Assembly (NCBI RefSeq): GCF_963506605.1
Contig: NC_083288.1
Coordinates: 31,248,001 to 31,312,000 of the forward strand
Length of the DNA: 64,000 nt
Reading direction: 5' to 3'
DNA from: Zootoca vivipara
Lineage: Eukaryota
The position numbers and the translations under genes are program-made. The notes below the pieces were generated by a model, which saw only the letters and a list, made by a program, of their open reading frames with translations, did no database searches and was not told the origin of the DNA. This document shows, piece by piece, positions 62,905 to 64,000 of this stretch; the first letter of the stretch is position 1; each line of letters begins with the position of its first letter.

Positions 62905-64000
62905 CTTGTTATATAACAAGGTTTTTTTTGGAAGATTAAGAAGAATATAAAATCAGGGCAAAAAAAGAATCTATCTATTCTGGGCAGAGTAAGAGCGGTT
63001 AAAATATTTCTAGTACCGAAATTGCTATATTTATTTCAAGTAATTCCACTACCCATTAGAGAAATATGGTTTAAAACATGGAATAACACATTTAAAAATT
63101 GGATCTTTGGGAGCAAAAGAGTGAGAACCCCAGACATAGTAAATTACACACCACAAGAAGAGATGGGATGGGGAATTCCGAACTTAGAACTTTCTTATAA
63201 AACATTCCAATTAAAAAATTTAATAGATATTGCATACAAAGAGGGGATTAAATGGATACGTCTGGAACATGAAATAAACAAAAGGAATAGGAAGGGAAGG
63301 AATATTTAATAGAGACATCAACACGGCTTGGAAGAACACAATACAGTGGTACCTCGGTTTATGAACACAATTGGTTCTGGAAGTCTGTTCATAAACTGAG
63401 GTGTTCATAAACTGAAGCAAACTTTCTCATTGAAAGTAATGGAAAGTAGATTAATCTGTTCCAGGTGGTCCGCGGAGTACTCAACCTGAAGCGTACTTTA
63501 CCCGAAGCATGGGTGTAATTGGTTCCAGAAGTCTGTTAATAAACTGAAGTGTTCATAAACTGAAGCGAACTTTCCCACTGAAAGTAATGGAAAGTGAATT
63601 AATCCGTTCCAGATGGTCCGCGGCGTTCATAAACCGAAAATTCATAAACTGAGGTGTTCATAAACCGAGGTTCCACTGGCCCAACGAAGACCGGGTTAGG
63701 AATTTGGAAAAAATGGAACATAAAATGGATGCCAATATATTCAAGGTGGGTGCTGTTAAAATATATGCAGAAGGGCCAAAGGGAACTTGGATGGTGGAAA
63801 AAATTAGAAGACCAGGGATTCTATAAATTAAAAGATATGTTTGATGAAGATGGGAATTTAATTACAAAAAAAGCTCTTTTAGAAAAATTGGGAAAACAAT
63901 ATTGGCTGAAAGTAGAAGGATTCTATGATTTAATAAAAACAGGAAGAGGAGAGGAGACAATGAGGACAGAAATGAAAATAAATATGGTGCTGAACAAAAG
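62905..64000 (+). mobile_element. L1 ORF2 fragment
   Basis: SILGRVRAVKIFLVPKLLYLFQVIP...GWGIPNLELSY, the post-RT region of L1. Confidence 0.75.
63344..63678. mobile_element. Tc1/mariner MITE nested in the L1 fragment
   Basis: TIR CAGTGGTACCTCGGTTTATGAAC / GTTCATAAACCGAGGTTCCACTG, with an internal duplication. Confidence 0.85.

Overview
This is eukaryotic DNA from a squamate reptile, probably a lacertid-type lizard (inferred from Sauria SINEs, BovB LINEs and the MITE families present). It has two assembly gaps. Host genes: three intact single-exon class II olfactory receptors (minus strand), one complete six-exon vomeronasal type-2 receptor of about 884 aa (minus strand, all six exons joining in frame), and a plus-strand secreted protein with a signal peptide and two fibronectin type-II domains (BSP/ELSPBP1-like). 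Decayed three-finger (Ly6/uPAR) gene relics lie among the receptors: two copies of a GPI-type Ly6 last exon inside a ~3 kb local duplication, and a tentative PLA2-inhibitor-gamma/PINLYP-like pseudogene. The rest is dense with transposons: BovB, L1, L2, Sauria and tRNA-derived SINEs, hAT and Tc1/mariner-type MITEs, and a deleted Gypsy element whose LTR carries a conserved reading frame. A ~9 kb nested stack holds a circularly permuted Penelope-like element that appears to sit inside a DIRS/Ngaro-type element. All family assignments come from motif recognition by eye; no database searches were run.
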